Source: Lachnospiraceae bacterium
Lineage (GTDB): Bacteria > Bacillota > Clostridia > Lachnospirales > Lachnospiraceae
Direction of reading: 5' to 3'
Length of the DNA stretch: 63,026 bases
NCBI GenBank assembly: GCA_036310685.1
Contig: JAXJRI010000213.1
Span: 1-63,026 of the forward strand
Position numbers and translations under genes: made by a program. Under the pieces are notes generated by a model. It saw nothing but the letters and a program-made list of their open reading frames with translations. It made no database searches and was not told where the DNA came from. Positions within the stretch are counted from its first letter, which is position 1; each line of letters starts with the position of its first letter. Shown one piece after another: positions 46,538-56,104 of the stretch.

Positions 46538-47194
46538 ATGAGTAAAGTGATTAGAAATCTTTGTATCAGTCTGGCGGTTCTTCTCGTAATCTTCTGTTAT
46601 GTTCAGTGGAATCATTTTGGACAGAAGGAAGAACTCAGGGAGGACGGTCTGCTGTATTTTAAGGAACAGGACTATGCTAAGACGATCCAGTATATGGAGA
46701 GGGCTCAGAATATCAGCTGTCTGTTTGCATCAAAGATTGACGAAGATATGGAGAGCTATGAGGCTGAGAGCTATTATCAGCTGAAGGAATATGGGAAGGC
46801 ACTGGAGCTTTTTGGAAACCTTGTGGATGATCATCCTAAGACAGATCGATTCTATATGAGAAAAGGTCAGTGCTATCAGGGACAGAAGAGATATTCCAAG
46901 GCAATCAAGACTTATCAAAAGGGATGGGAGAAGACCAAAGAAGGTGTCTTCCTAGATAAGATCTGTGATATTTATCTGAGCAGAGATAATTATAAGACAG
47001 CTCTTAAATATGTAAAGCAAGGTGCCAAAGAGCAGGGCCAGTTAGGTCAGAAATTTGCTTTCAAGACAATTGTTGTTTATGAATATGCCGAGAATTACGA
47101 CAAGGCATATCAGGCAGCAAAAGTATACTGTAAGAAGTATCCTAAAGACGCAAAGGGAAGTAAAGAATTACAGTTCTTAGAGTCAAGAATCTAG
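46538..47194 (+). CDS. Membrane-anchored tetratricopeptide repeat protein
   Basis: N-terminal TM; repeated G..Y....DY.KA / Y.KA..Y helices. Confidence 0.8.
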   Translation: MSKVIRNLCISLAVLLVIFCYVQWNHFGQKEELREDGLLYFKEQDYAKTIQYMERAQNISCLFASKIDEDMESYEAESYYQLKEYGKALELFGNLVDDHPKTDRFYMRKGQCYQGQKRYSKAIKTYQKGWEKTKEGVFLDKICDIYLSRDNYKTALKYVKQGAKEQGQLGQKFAFKTIVVYEYAENYDKAYQAAKVYCKKYPKDAKGSKELQFLESRI

Positions 47195-47226
47195 ACAGCA
47201 ATCTCACATTCCAACAGTTTGCTTTA

Positions 47227-47255
47227 TTGACACTCATACTAAAAAATGCTAAAAT
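47227..47255 (+). promoter_or_regulatory. Sigma-A promoter for ptsH-ptsI
   Basis: TTGACA-17 nt-TAAAAT with extended TG. Confidence 0.85.
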
Positions 47256-47303
47256 TATTACAACAGTATAGCTAATTTTTATTAATAATAAGGAGTTAAA
47301 ATT

Positions 47304-47567
47304 ATGGTATCACAGAAAATTACTGTAACAAATCCACAGGGACTGCACATGAGACCAGCAGGAGTTTTTGCAAAAGGCGTTTCAAAATTCCAGAGCGACA
47401 TCAACATCAACTACAATGGTAAGAAGACTAACGGAAAGAGCCTCTTAAACATTATCGGTGCCTGCATCAAGAGTGGTGCTGAGATCGAGATCGAGTGTGA
47501 TGGACCAGACGAAGAGGAAGCTTTAAAGACAGCAATCGAACTCATCGAATCTGGATTAGGAGAATAA
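47304..47567 (+). CDS. ptsH: Phosphocarrier protein HPr
   Basis: GLHMRPA (His15), NGKSLL (Ser46), GPDE.EA. Confidence 0.95.
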   Translation: MVSQKITVTNPQGLHMRPAGVFAKGVSKFQSDININYNGKKTNGKSLLNIIGACIKSGAEIEIECDGPDEEEALKTAIELIESGLGE

Positions 47568-47607
47568 TTCTTCTATATCACACATACGATAATTAGGGGT
47601 GAATATA

Positions 47608-49314
47608 ATGTATACAGGAATTGGTGCTTCCGTTGGAATCGGTATTGGTAAGATCGTAGTAATCAAAGAGCCAGACCTTTCTTATTCAACGGCAGCAGTA
47701 GAAGATGTGATCGCTGAGAAGGAGAGATTCCAGAAAGCGGTCAACAAGTGTGTCGAAGAGACACAGGCCATGGCCGATGACATGAAGACTCGTGTTGGTG
47801 AGAAGGAAGCGGAGATTCTGGAAGGCCATGTACTTCTTCTCATGGACCCTGAATTAACAGGACAGATTGAGTCTAAGATCACCGATGAGAAGAAACCGGC
47901 TGAGCTTGCAGTAGAAGAGACTTGTGATATGTACAAGGATATGTTTGCAAGCATTCCTGATGAGATGTTCCAGCAGAGAGCTACTGACGTCGTAGATATC
48001 AAGACAGGCCTGTTAAAGATTCTTCTTGGTGTAGAAGATGTAGATATCGCACATGTACCAGAAGGTACAGTATTAGTTGCGGAAGATCTTACTCCATCTA
48101 TGACAGCAGGAATTAATCCTAAGAATGTTGTAGGTGTTCTCACTGAGATCGGTGGTAAGACATCTCATTCTGCTATTCTTGCAAGAGCTCTTGAGATTCC
48201 AGCAGTACTTAGTATTGAGGGTATCGTAAGTAAAGTTACGAATGGACAGAGCGTCATTCTTGATGGAGGAGCTGGGGAAGTTTATCTTGATCCAGATGAA
48301 GAGACAGTCAAGAAGTATACAGAGAAGAGAGCTGCTTTCTTAGAGGAGAAAGCTGCACTTGCTAAGTTTATCGGAAAGCCAACTCAGACAGCTGATGGTA
48401 AGGTTGTAGAGCTTTGTGCTAATATCGGAAAGCCACAGGATGCTCTTAAGGTAGTTGAGTGTGACGGCGAGGGTATTGGTCTTTTCCGTACAGAGTTCCT
48501 GTTCATGGATCGTGATCAGGTTCCTACAGAGGAAGAGCAGTTTGAGGCTTACAAGAAGGTTGTTGAGACTTTAGATGGCAAGCCGGTTATTATCCGTACA
48601 TTGGATATCGGTGGTGATAAGGAGATTCCTTATCTTCACTTAGAGAAAGAGGAGAATCCATTCCTTGGATTCCGTGCAATCCGTCTCTGCTTAAAGAGAC
48701 CGGATCTCTATCGCCCACAGCTTCGTGCTCTGCTTCGTGCAAGTGCATATGGTAACTTAAGAATCATGGTTCCTATGGTTACATGCATTGACGAGCTTCG
48801 TGAAGTGAAAGCGATGATTGCAGATATTAAGAAAGAGCTTGATAGCGAGGGTATCGCATATAATAATGACGTTCAGGTAGGTATCATGGTTGAGACACCA
48901 GCAGCCAGTCTGATGGCAGATGCTTTTGCTAAGGAAGCTGATTTCTTCAGTATCGGTACTAATGACCTGACAGGTTACACAATGGCTGCAGACCGTGGTA
49001 ATCCTGATGTAGCTTATCTGTATCAGACATACAACCCTGCAGTACTTCGTTCTATCGAGCGTGTAATCAAGGAAGGTAAGAAGGGCGGCGCATACGTAGG
49101 TATGTGTGGTGAGGCAGCAGCTGATCCATTACTTACACCGCTTCTGATTGCATTTGGTTTAGATGAGTTCAGTGTTAGTGCTACTTCTATTCTTAACACA
49201 AGAAAGACTATCTCCCTGTGGACACAGGAAGAAGCTGAGAAGGTAGCCGAGAAGGCGATGTCTCTGCTTACAGAGAAAGAAGTCGAGGAATATCTGAAAT
49301 CAGTTGCCAAATAA
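47608..49314 (+). CDS. ptsI: PTS enzyme I
   Basis: GGKTSHSAILAR, GLFRTEFL, RTLDIGGDK, E.NPFLG.R.IR, SIGTNDL, MCGE. Confidence 0.97.
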   Translation: MYTGIGASVGIGIGKIVVIKEPDLSYSTAAVEDVIAEKERFQKAVNKCVEETQAMADDMKTRVGEKEAEILEGHVLLLMDPELTGQIESKITDEKKPAELAVEETCDMYKDMFASIPDEMFQQRATDVVDIKTGLLKILLGVEDVDIAHVPEGTVLVAEDLTPSMTAGINPKNVVGVLTEIGGKTSHSAILARALEIPAVLSIEGIVSKVTNGQSVILDGGAGEVYLDPDEETVKKYTEKRAAFLEEKAALAKFIGKPTQTADGKVVELCANIGKPQDALKVVECDGEGIGLFRTEFLFMDRDQVPTEEEQFEAYKKVVETLDGKPVIIRTLDIGGDKEIPYLHLEKEENPFLGFRAIRLCLKRPDLYRPQLRALLRASAYGNLRIMVPMVTCIDELREVKAMIADIKKELDSEGIAYNNDVQVGIMVETPAASLMADAFAKEADFFSIGTNDLTGYTMAADRGNPDVAYLYQTYNPAVLRSIERVIKEGKKGGAYVGMCGEAAADPLLTPLLIAFGLDEFSVSATSILNTRKTISLWTQEEAEKVAEKAMSLLTEKEVEEYLKSVAK

Positions 49315-49330
49315 GGATAACGATTAAGAG

Positions 49331-49364
49331 AAAGGGTGTTGAGTTTACTCAACGCCCTTTTTTT
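49331..49364 (+). terminator. Rho-independent terminator after ptsI
   Basis: aaagggtgttgag-ttta-ctcaacgccc then T7. Confidence 0.9.
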
Positions 49365-49369
49365 GCCGT

Positions 49370-49404
49370 GCATGCAAGTGAACTGTCAGTGACAGTTCAG
49401 CTTG
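49370..49404. repeat. Palindromic intergenic repeat, family C copy 2
   Basis: gcatgcaagtgaactgtcagtgacagttcagcttg; tgaactgtca/tgacagttca arms. Confidence 0.75.
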
Positions 49405-49469
49405 TCACTTGATTGCGATTTATGTATATGATATGTCTGACAAGAAGTAGCCAAAGGTAAGGAGGAGAG

Positions 49470-51536
49470 ATGGCCGAAGAATTTAATGAGGGACAGAGAG
49501 AGGCAATCTCTCACAATAAGGGTCCAGCTATGGTCCTAGCTGGACCAGGCTCGGGAAAGACTCTTGTGATCACTTACCGTATCCGCTATCTGATTGAGAA
49601 CTGCGGAGTGAATCCAGCTAATATCTTAGTGATTACATTTACTCGTGCGGCAGCGGAGGAGATGAAGAGAAGATTCCTTAAGTTTGATGGCATGGAGGAC
49701 AGTCGAGTTGAGTTTGGAACTTTCCATGCGATCTTTTTTATGATGCTTCGTTATGCCTACCGCTACACCGGAGATAATATCCTGAGAGAAGATATTAAGA
49801 GGCGTTACATCAAGGAGATTATCACGGGCATGAAGCTGGAGATTGAGGATGAGAACGATTTTATCAATGGGATTATCAATGAGATCAGTTACGTAAAAGG
49901 TGAGATGATTGACCTGTCAATCTACCACAGCAGCAACTGTGCGGATGAGATCTTCGCAAATATTTATCATGCTTATAATGCAAGACTAGAACGGGAACGA
50001 TTAATTGATTTTGATGATATGATGGTATACTGTTACGAATTGCTGACAAGCAGGGAGGATATCCTCAAGATGTGGCAGAATCGTTTCCGCTATATTCTGA
50101 TTGACGAGTTTCAGGATATCAACCGGGTCCAGTATGAGATCGTAAAGATGCTGGCAGGCGAGAGGAAGAATCTTTTTATCGTGGGGGATGATGACCAGTC
50201 TATCTATCGTTTTCGCGGTGCTAAGCCAGAAATTATGCTGGGGTTTGAGAAGGACTTCCCTGGGACTAAGAAGGTGGTTCTGGATATCAATTACCGGAGC
50301 AGTAAGGAGATTGTCGTCTCAGCAGAGAGACTCATCCGTCACAATAAGAAACGTTTCGAAAAGAATATGAAAGCTAACCGTGGCTCTAAGGTTCCTGTTA
50401 TCTACCGTCATCTGAAGAACAGTAGTCAGGAGTGCGGTGATATCATAAGAGGTATCCTCTTCTATTATAAGCATGGGATCCCTTTAGAGCAGATGGCTGT
50501 GATCTTCCGAACCAATACTCAGCCGAGAAATCTGGTTGGAAGACTGATGGATTATAATGTTCCTTTTCAGATGAGAGATGTGCTTCCGAATATTTTTGAA
50601 CACTGGATCGCTCAGGACCTGATCGCTTATATGAAACTTGCTATGGGTCACAATGAGCGCAGTACATTTTTACGTGTGATGAATCGACCGAAACGATACA
50701 TTTCCCGGAAAATGATTTCCGAAAGTCATGTAGACTTCAAGGCCTTAAAGCAGGAGACCTTTGGAAAACGCTGGCTTTTTGAGAAGATTGATAAGTTCGA
50801 GATGGATCTCTATCTGCTTAAAAAGATGGATCCTTACGCAGGAATTCAGTTTATCCGCAAGGGGATTGGTTATGACGATTATCTGAATGAGTATGCCCAG
50901 TTCCGTCGCATGAATCCAGACGATTTGGAAGAGATTCTTGATCAGATTCAGGAGAGTGCCAAGGAGTACCAGACCTTTGAAGAGTGGTTTGAGTACATTG
51001 ACCGTTATGGGGAGGAACTTCAGAAGAGGGTAGAGTCCCGAAAAAATGTGGAGAAGAAGGGAGTCGTTCTGACAACTATGCATAGTTCCAAGGGGCTAGA
51101 ATATGAAGTTGTCTTTATCATGGATGCCGATGAGGGAGTGACCCCTCATAAGAAGGCGGTCAAAGATGCAGACTTAGAGGAGGAGCGACGCCTCTTTTAT
51201 GTGGCAGTGACCAGAGCAAAGACTTATCTTTTTATCTATTCTGTTGATGAACTTTATCAGAAAGAAGCGAAGCCGTCTAGATATATTAATGAGATCAGAA
51301 TTGATCCTGACAAATTCAAAGAAGGACGGAGGGTCAGCCATAAGAGATTCGGCCAGGGAACCATCACAAAGGTAGATGAGGAGAAGATAGCAGTACGTTT
51401 TGATGGCCACAGTAAGGTGCGAAGATTCTCTATGGATTATGTGCTGGAAAAAGAGATTCTCAAAGTGATAGGAGATTCAGATTCTGATGGGGGAGAACTG
51501 GAATCCTTCCGGGAGATGAAACCTAAGAAGAATTAA
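49470..51536 (+). CDS. pcrA: UvrD/PcrA-family ATP-dependent DNA helicase
   Basis: AGPGSGKT, ITFT, GTFH, LIDEFQD, VGDDDQSIY.FRGA, NYRS, H.SKGLE, EERRLFYVAVTRA. Confidence 0.88.
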   Translation: MAEEFNEGQREAISHNKGPAMVLAGPGSGKTLVITYRIRYLIENCGVNPANILVITFTRAAAEEMKRRFLKFDGMEDSRVEFGTFHAIFFMMLRYAYRYTGDNILREDIKRRYIKEIITGMKLEIEDENDFINGIINEISYVKGEMIDLSIYHSSNCADEIFANIYHAYNARLERERLIDFDDMMVYCYELLTSREDILKMWQNRFRYILIDEFQDINRVQYEIVKMLAGERKNLFIVGDDDQSIYRFRGAKPEIMLGFEKDFPGTKKVVLDINYRSSKEIVVSAERLIRHNKKRFEKNMKANRGSKVPVIYRHLKNSSQECGDIIRGILFYYKHGIPLEQMAVIFRTNTQPRNLVGRLMDYNVPFQMRDVLPNIFEHWIAQDLIAYMKLAMGHNERSTFLRVMNRPKRYISRKMISESHVDFKALKQETFGKRWLFEKIDKFEMDLYLLKKMDPYAGIQFIRKGIGYDDYLNEYAQFRRMNPDDLEEILDQIQESAKEYQTFEEWFEYIDRYGEELQKRVESRKNVEKKGVVLTTMHSSKGLEYEVVFIMDADEGVTPHKKAVKDADLEEERRLFYVAVTRAKTYLFIYSVDELYQKEAKPSRYINEIRIDPDKFKEGRRVSHKRFGQGTITKVDEEKIAVRFDGHSKVRRFSMDYVLEKEILKVIGDSDSDGGELESFREMKPKKN

Positions 51537-51619
51537 AGGTTTTAATGATACGTACTTTGTGCTAGAATTGGAAAAGTTATGAGTTTTATGCCGAGGAAAT
51601 AGGAGGATAAACAAGCACA

Positions 51620-52438
51620 ATGATAGAATTTTTTAAGGTTATTATCCTTGGAATCGTAGAGGGAATCACAGAGTGGCTTCCAATCAGTTCCACAGGTCAT
51701 ATGATTCTCGTCAATGAGTTTATGAAGCTCAATGTGTCTGATCAATTTATGGAGATGTTCCTTGTCGTGATCCAGCTTGGAGCAATCCTGGCAGTAGTCG
51801 TCTTGTTCTTTGATAAGCTGAATCCATTCAGCCCAAATAAGTCGAAACGCCAGAAAGATCAGACCTGGAGACTCTGGTTTAAGGTAATTATCGGATGTCT
51901 GCCGGCAGCAATTATTGGTCTTAAGTTTGATGATCTTTTCGACCGTCTCTTTTACAATGCACCGACGGTAGCAGCGACTCTGATTATTTATGGTATTCTT
52001 TTTATTGTGATTGAGAACATTAATAAACATAGAACACCATCGATTACGGATTTGAAAGAGTTAGACTTCAGGACAGCATTCTTAATTGGTGTCTTCCAGT
52101 GTCTGGCTCTGATTCCGGGAACTTCCAGATCAGGTTCCACCATTATTGGAGCTATGATTTTAGGAACCAGCCGTTATGTGGCTGCAGAGTATTCTTTCTT
52201 CTTGTCCATTCCAGTTATGTTCGGAGCCAGCTTCTTAAAGTTAGTGAAGTATGGGTTCCATTATACCGGTTTAGAGGTAGGATATCTTGTGGTAGGTATG
52301 GTTGTTGCGTTTGTAGTATCTATTATTGCAATTAAGTTCCTGCTGGGATATATTAAAAATAACGATTTCAAACCATTTGGTGTGTATCGTATCATTTTAG
52401 GTATTTTAGTGATTTTATATTTTGCATTTCTTAAGTAA
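51620..52438 (+). CDS. uppP: Undecaprenyl-diphosphate phosphatase
   Basis: [39 protein letters not shown]. Confidence 0.96.
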   Translation: MIEFFKVIILGIVEGITEWLPISSTGHMILVNEFMKLNVSDQFMEMFLVVIQLGAILAVVVLFFDKLNPFSPNKSKRQKDQTWRLWFKVIIGCLPAAIIGLKFDDLFDRLFYNAPTVAATLIIYGILFIVIENINKHRTPSITDLKELDFRTAFLIGVFQCLALIPGTSRSGSTIIGAMILGTSRYVAAEYSFFLSIPVMFGASFLKLVKYGFHYTGLEVGYLVVGMVVAFVVSIIAIKFLLGYIKNNDFKPFGVYRIILGILVILYFAFLK

Positions 52439-52510
52439 TTATGATTCACAGTCCTTTATGAATGAGGTATGATGAGTCTGTAGAATAGATGGATAAGCAA
52501 TGAGAGGAGT

Positions 52511-53284
52511 ATGGGTATGAAGTACGAGCAGGTTGAGATCCTTGATCAGAAATGTATCGGGACAGATATCTATGACATGACGATACGTTTCGAGTCCGCG
52601 GCTAGGCAGGCGAAGCCAGGACAGTTTGTAGATCTTTACAGTAATCATGAACAGCGCCTGCTTCCAAGACCAATCAGTATTTGTGGTTTTGATCGAGAGA
52701 AGGGTACGATCCGTCTCGTATACCGTGCCGTGGGAGAGGGAACCAGGGAGTTCTCACAGATGAAGGCTGGGGACACCCTTCGTGCTATCGGACCGCTTGG
52801 AAACGGATATAATATCAGAGAGGATAAGGCGATTGTCATCGGAGGAGGACTGGGAGTTCCTCCGATGCTTGCACTTGCCAAGGAATTAGCATGTGAGAAG
52901 ACGATTGTTTTAGGATATCGCAATGAACTCTTCTTGGCGGACGAGTTTTATAAGATTCCAGAATCCGAGACCTTGATTGCGACGGAGGACGGAAGCGTTG
53001 GAGTGAAGGGGACTGTCATTGATGCTCTTGAGGAGAGCAGAGTCAAGGGAGTTGTTATCTATGCCTGCGGACCGATGCCAATGCTTCGTGCGATTGCGGA
53101 ATATGCAAGAGAGCATGACATGGACGCTCAGATCTCCTTGGAGGAGCGCATGGCTTGTGGAATCGGTGCCTGTTTAGGCTGTGTGGTAAAGACTAAGAGC
53201 TTAGGTTCCCACACAAATGTCAACAACCAGCGCGTCTGCAAGGACGGTCCAGTATTTGACGCAAAGGAGGTCTTCTTCGAATGA
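52511..53284 (+). CDS. pyrK: Dihydroorotate dehydrogenase electron transfer subunit
   Basis: PGQF, RPISI, GPLGNG, GGG.G.PP, CGP.PML, MACGIGACLGC...C.DGPVF. Confidence 0.93.
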   Translation: MGMKYEQVEILDQKCIGTDIYDMTIRFESAARQAKPGQFVDLYSNHEQRLLPRPISICGFDREKGTIRLVYRAVGEGTREFSQMKAGDTLRAIGPLGNGYNIREDKAIVIGGGLGVPPMLALAKELACEKTIVLGYRNELFLADEFYKIPESETLIATEDGSVGVKGTVIDALEESRVKGVVIYACGPMPMLRAIAEYAREHDMDAQISLEERMACGIGACLGCVVKTKSLGSHTNVNNQRVCKDGPVFDAKEVFFE

Positions 53285-54186
53285 ATCTGAAAGTTAACAT
53301 TGCAGGAGTAACATTTAAGAATCCAGTGACAACCGCATCAGGAACTTTTGGTTCTGGAGAGGAGTTCTCAAGCTTTGTCGATGTCGGAGCTCTGGGTGCT
53401 GTCACAACAAAAGGAGTTGCTAATGTTCCTTGGGAGGGCAATCCTACCCCAAGAATCGCAGAGACTTATGGAGGGATGCTGAATGCAGTAGGTCTTCAGA
53501 ATCCAGGTGTGGATGTCTTCTGTCGGAGAGATATCCCATTCTTAAAAGAACATGGTGCTTCTATTATCGTCAATGTCTGCGGGCATACCGAAGATGAATA
53601 TTTAGAGGTTGTTGAGAGACTCTCAGAAGAGCCAGTAGATCTTTTAGAAATTAATGTATCTTGTCCTAATGTCAAAGAGGGAGGAATTGCCTTCGGACAG
53701 AATCCAGATTCCCTCTACCACATCACCAGCAGAATTAAGAAGATTGCCAAGCAGCCAATCTCCATGAAGCTTTCTCCGAATGTCACAGATATTACTGAGA
53801 TGGCTCGTGCAGCGGAAGCTGGCGGAAGTGATGCCATCTCCATGATTAATACCATCACAGGTATGAAGATTGATATACGCCGCAGAGACTTTGTTCTGGC
53901 TAATAAGACGGGTGGACTCAGTGGCCCTGCCATCAAGCCGGTAGCAGTTCGGATGATTTATCAGGTTCATCAGGCGGTCAAGCTTCCGATCATCGGAATG
54001 GGCGGTGTTATGACAGGAGACGATGCGATTGAGCTGATGATGGCTGGAGCAAGTATGGTTTCCGTGGGAACTGCCAACTTCCATAATCCTAGAGCAACTA
54101 TGGAAGTACTTGACGGAATCAAAGCATATATGGAACAATATAAGGTAGACGACATCAATGAGATCATTGGATGCGTCGGAAGATAA
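53281..54186 (+). CDS. pyrD: Dihydroorotate dehydrogenase B catalytic subunit
   Basis: KNP...ASGT, NAVGLQNPG, NVSCPNV, KLSPN, GGLSGPAIKP. Confidence 0.96.
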   Translation: MNLKVNIAGVTFKNPVTTASGTFGSGEEFSSFVDVGALGAVTTKGVANVPWEGNPTPRIAETYGGMLNAVGLQNPGVDVFCRRDIPFLKEHGASIIVNVCGHTEDEYLEVVERLSEEPVDLLEINVSCPNVKEGGIAFGQNPDSLYHITSRIKKIAKQPISMKLSPNVTDITEMARAAEAGGSDAISMINTITGMKIDIRRRDFVLANKTGGLSGPAIKPVAVRMIYQVHQAVKLPIIGMGGVMTGDDAIELMMAGASMVSVGTANFHNPRATMEVLDGIKAYMEQYKVDDINEIIGCVGR

Positions 54187-54239
54187 TTGCGAGTATACCC
54201 TTTTTATAGCTAGGATTAGCAAGACTAGGAGGACATAAC

Positions 54240-54914
54240 ATGGAAGATTATAAGAAAGAATTTATAGAATTTATGATAGATTGTAACGTGCTGAAATTTG
54301 GAGATTTTGTCACAAAGTCTGGAAGAGAAACACCATTCTTTGTCAATACAGGTTTCTACCGCACGGGGCATCAGTTAAAGAAGCTGGGAGAATACTATGC
54401 GAGAGCAATCAAGGATAGCTTCGGATTTGACTTCGATGTTCTCTTTGGACCAGCTTACAAGGGTATTCCACTGACAGTTGCAACAACAGTAGCCATTGCT
54501 GAGAATTATGGACCAGACATCCGTTATTGTTCTAACCGTAAAGAGGTGAAAGATCACGGAGATAAGGGTATCCTTTTAGGAAGCCCAATCGAAGACGGTG
54601 ACAAGGTTGTTATCATTGAGGATGTTACAACAGCTGGAACTTCGATCAAGGAGACGATGCCAATCATCAAAGCACAGGGAGACGTTGATGTCTTAGGCCT
54701 GGTAGTATCCGTAGACCGTATGGAGCGCGGACAGGGATCAAAGCTTGCCTTAGAGGAGATTGGTGAGAATTACGGATTAAAGACAACCGCAATTGTTACT
54801 ATGGAAGAAGTTGTGGAACATCTCTATAATAAACCTTATAAGGGTAAGGTGATTATCGATGATGCCATGAAGGCAAAAATCGATGCCTACTATGATAAAT
54901 ATGGCGTGAAATAG
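54240..54914 (+). CDS. pyrE: Orotate phosphoribosyltransferase
   Basis: FG.F..KSGR, FGPAYKGIP, NRKE.KDHG, IIEDVTTAGTS. Confidence 0.96.
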   Translation: MEDYKKEFIEFMIDCNVLKFGDFVTKSGRETPFFVNTGFYRTGHQLKKLGEYYARAIKDSFGFDFDVLFGPAYKGIPLTVATTVAIAENYGPDIRYCSNRKEVKDHGDKGILLGSPIEDGDKVVIIEDVTTAGTSIKETMPIIKAQGDVDVLGLVVSVDRMERGQGSKLALEEIGENYGLKTTAIVTMEEVVEHLYNKPYKGKVIIDDAMKAKIDAYYDKYGVK

Positions 54915-54939
54915 TATCATCATACGAGGAGGTCACATT

Positions 54940-55092
54940 ATGAACGAGAGGGTTTTAAAAAAGCTGAATATTGTCGGGGGTACTGGCATTACGGTAGGTA
55001 TTATTGCACTGATTTTTGGAATCACAATTGGAATTATCTCTATCGTGAATGGGGCGAAGGCAATCAGCGTAAAGAAGCATATTGAGATCTGA
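54940..55092 (+). CDS. 50-aa single-TM small protein (absent from the ORF track)
   Basis: RBS GAGGAGG; MNERVLKKLNIVGGTGITVGIIALIFGITIGIISIVNGAKAISVKKHIEI; followed by a terminator. Confidence 0.8.
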   Translation: MNERVLKKLNIVGGTGITVGIIALIFGITIGIISIVNGAKAISVKKHIEI

Positions 55093-55103
55093 CATAACGC
55101 CAG

Positions 55104-55130
55104 AAGGCCGGCAGATATTGTCGGCCTTTT
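55104..55130 (+). terminator. Rho-independent terminator
   Basis: aaggccggca-gatat-tgtcggcctttt. Confidence 0.75.
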
Positions 55131-55169
55131 ATGCAAGTGTGATATACCTCTATAAAACAGGGCGTTTGG

Positions 55170-55700
55170 ATGCTCACTACACCAGCGGAGGCACAGGAAT
55201 CATTGAAAAAATATCAGAGAAAGCGGATTGGGTTTGTCAGTATGCTTCTCCTGATTATTTATGCATGCATTATCTTATATTTTGTACTTTTTAGTGACAG
55301 GCTTGGCAGAGTGGAGGGATATCAGGATTACCGATATAACCTGAAAATAGGTCAAGAGATTGGGAGATTTATCAAGTACCGTAATGAGATTGCTCCCGGA
55401 GCATTCCTCCTCAATGTGATTGGAAATTTTGGGGTTTTTGCTCCGATTGGCTTTCTGGTCCCAATGTGGAGGACAAGACATAAGACCAGATGGTATCAGA
55501 TTCTTCTGATCTCCTTCTTCTTTAGTCTTGCCATCGAGACTGCACAGCTTTACACAAAGGTGGGCGTGTTTGATGTGGATGACCTTCTGATGAACACGAC
55601 CGGAGGCATGCTGGGCTATCTTGCCTACCGCCTGATAGGAAGCTTCTATGACTTTAATCGGCGGGGACATTTGCCAAAGAATGAGAAGCAGAAGAATTGA
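55170..55700 (+). CDS. VanZ-family membrane protein
   Basis: YNL, N..GN...F.P.G, S..IE..Q.....G.FDVDDL..NT.GG; start codon uncertain. Confidence 0.88.
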   Translation: MLTTPAEAQESLKKYQRKRIGFVSMLLLIIYACIILYFVLFSDRLGRVEGYQDYRYNLKIGQEIGRFIKYRNEIAPGAFLLNVIGNFGVFAPIGFLVPMWRTRHKTRWYQILLISFFFSLAIETAQLYTKVGVFDVDDLLMNTTGGMLGYLAYRLIGSFYDFNRRGHLPKNEKQKN

Positions 55701-55742
55701 CAGATAGATACCGATATATGATTTGAATAGAAGGGGAATGAC

Positions 55743-56054
55743 ATGATACAAAGAAATGTACTTTCATTTTCTGAGAAGAAAGTTTCAAAGAATGCCATCA
55801 TCGCACTGGCGGTCGGCATTGTGACATTGGCAGGATTCCTGCTGTTAATCTTGGCAGCAGTTCTTACCAGTGGACATGTGGGAATTGTTGGAGGACTCTT
55901 AGGAGTGATTCTGATGATTCTGGCATTTTTCGGAGTATTCTGGGGAATCATCTCTTATGATGATATCAGAACCAACCAACGATTTAAAATCTCAGGAATT
56001 GTGCTGAATATTATTGTGATTTTTATAGGAATCACCCTCATTATGATTCGCTAA
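55743..56054 (+). CDS. Small three-TM membrane protein of unknown function
   Basis: Three hydrophobic segments; RBS AAGGGG. Confidence 0.75.
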   Translation: MIQRNVLSFSEKKVSKNAIIALAVGIVTLAGFLLLILAAVLTSGHVGIVGGLLGVILMILAFFGVFWGIISYDDIRTNQRFKISGIVLNIIVIFIGITLIMIR

Positions 56055-56104
56055 GAAGCGGACGATGACAGGCACAAGAGAACAGAGAGGATGTATATAA
56101 GCAG

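Noticed and set aside
54933..55136. 67-aa minus-strand ORF
   Set aside because: Antisense shadow of the RBS-supported 50-aa plus-strand gene.
55170..55700. vanZ as part of a glycopeptide resistance cluster
   Set aside because: No vanHAX or vanRS genes nearby; VanZ-family proteins are widespread.
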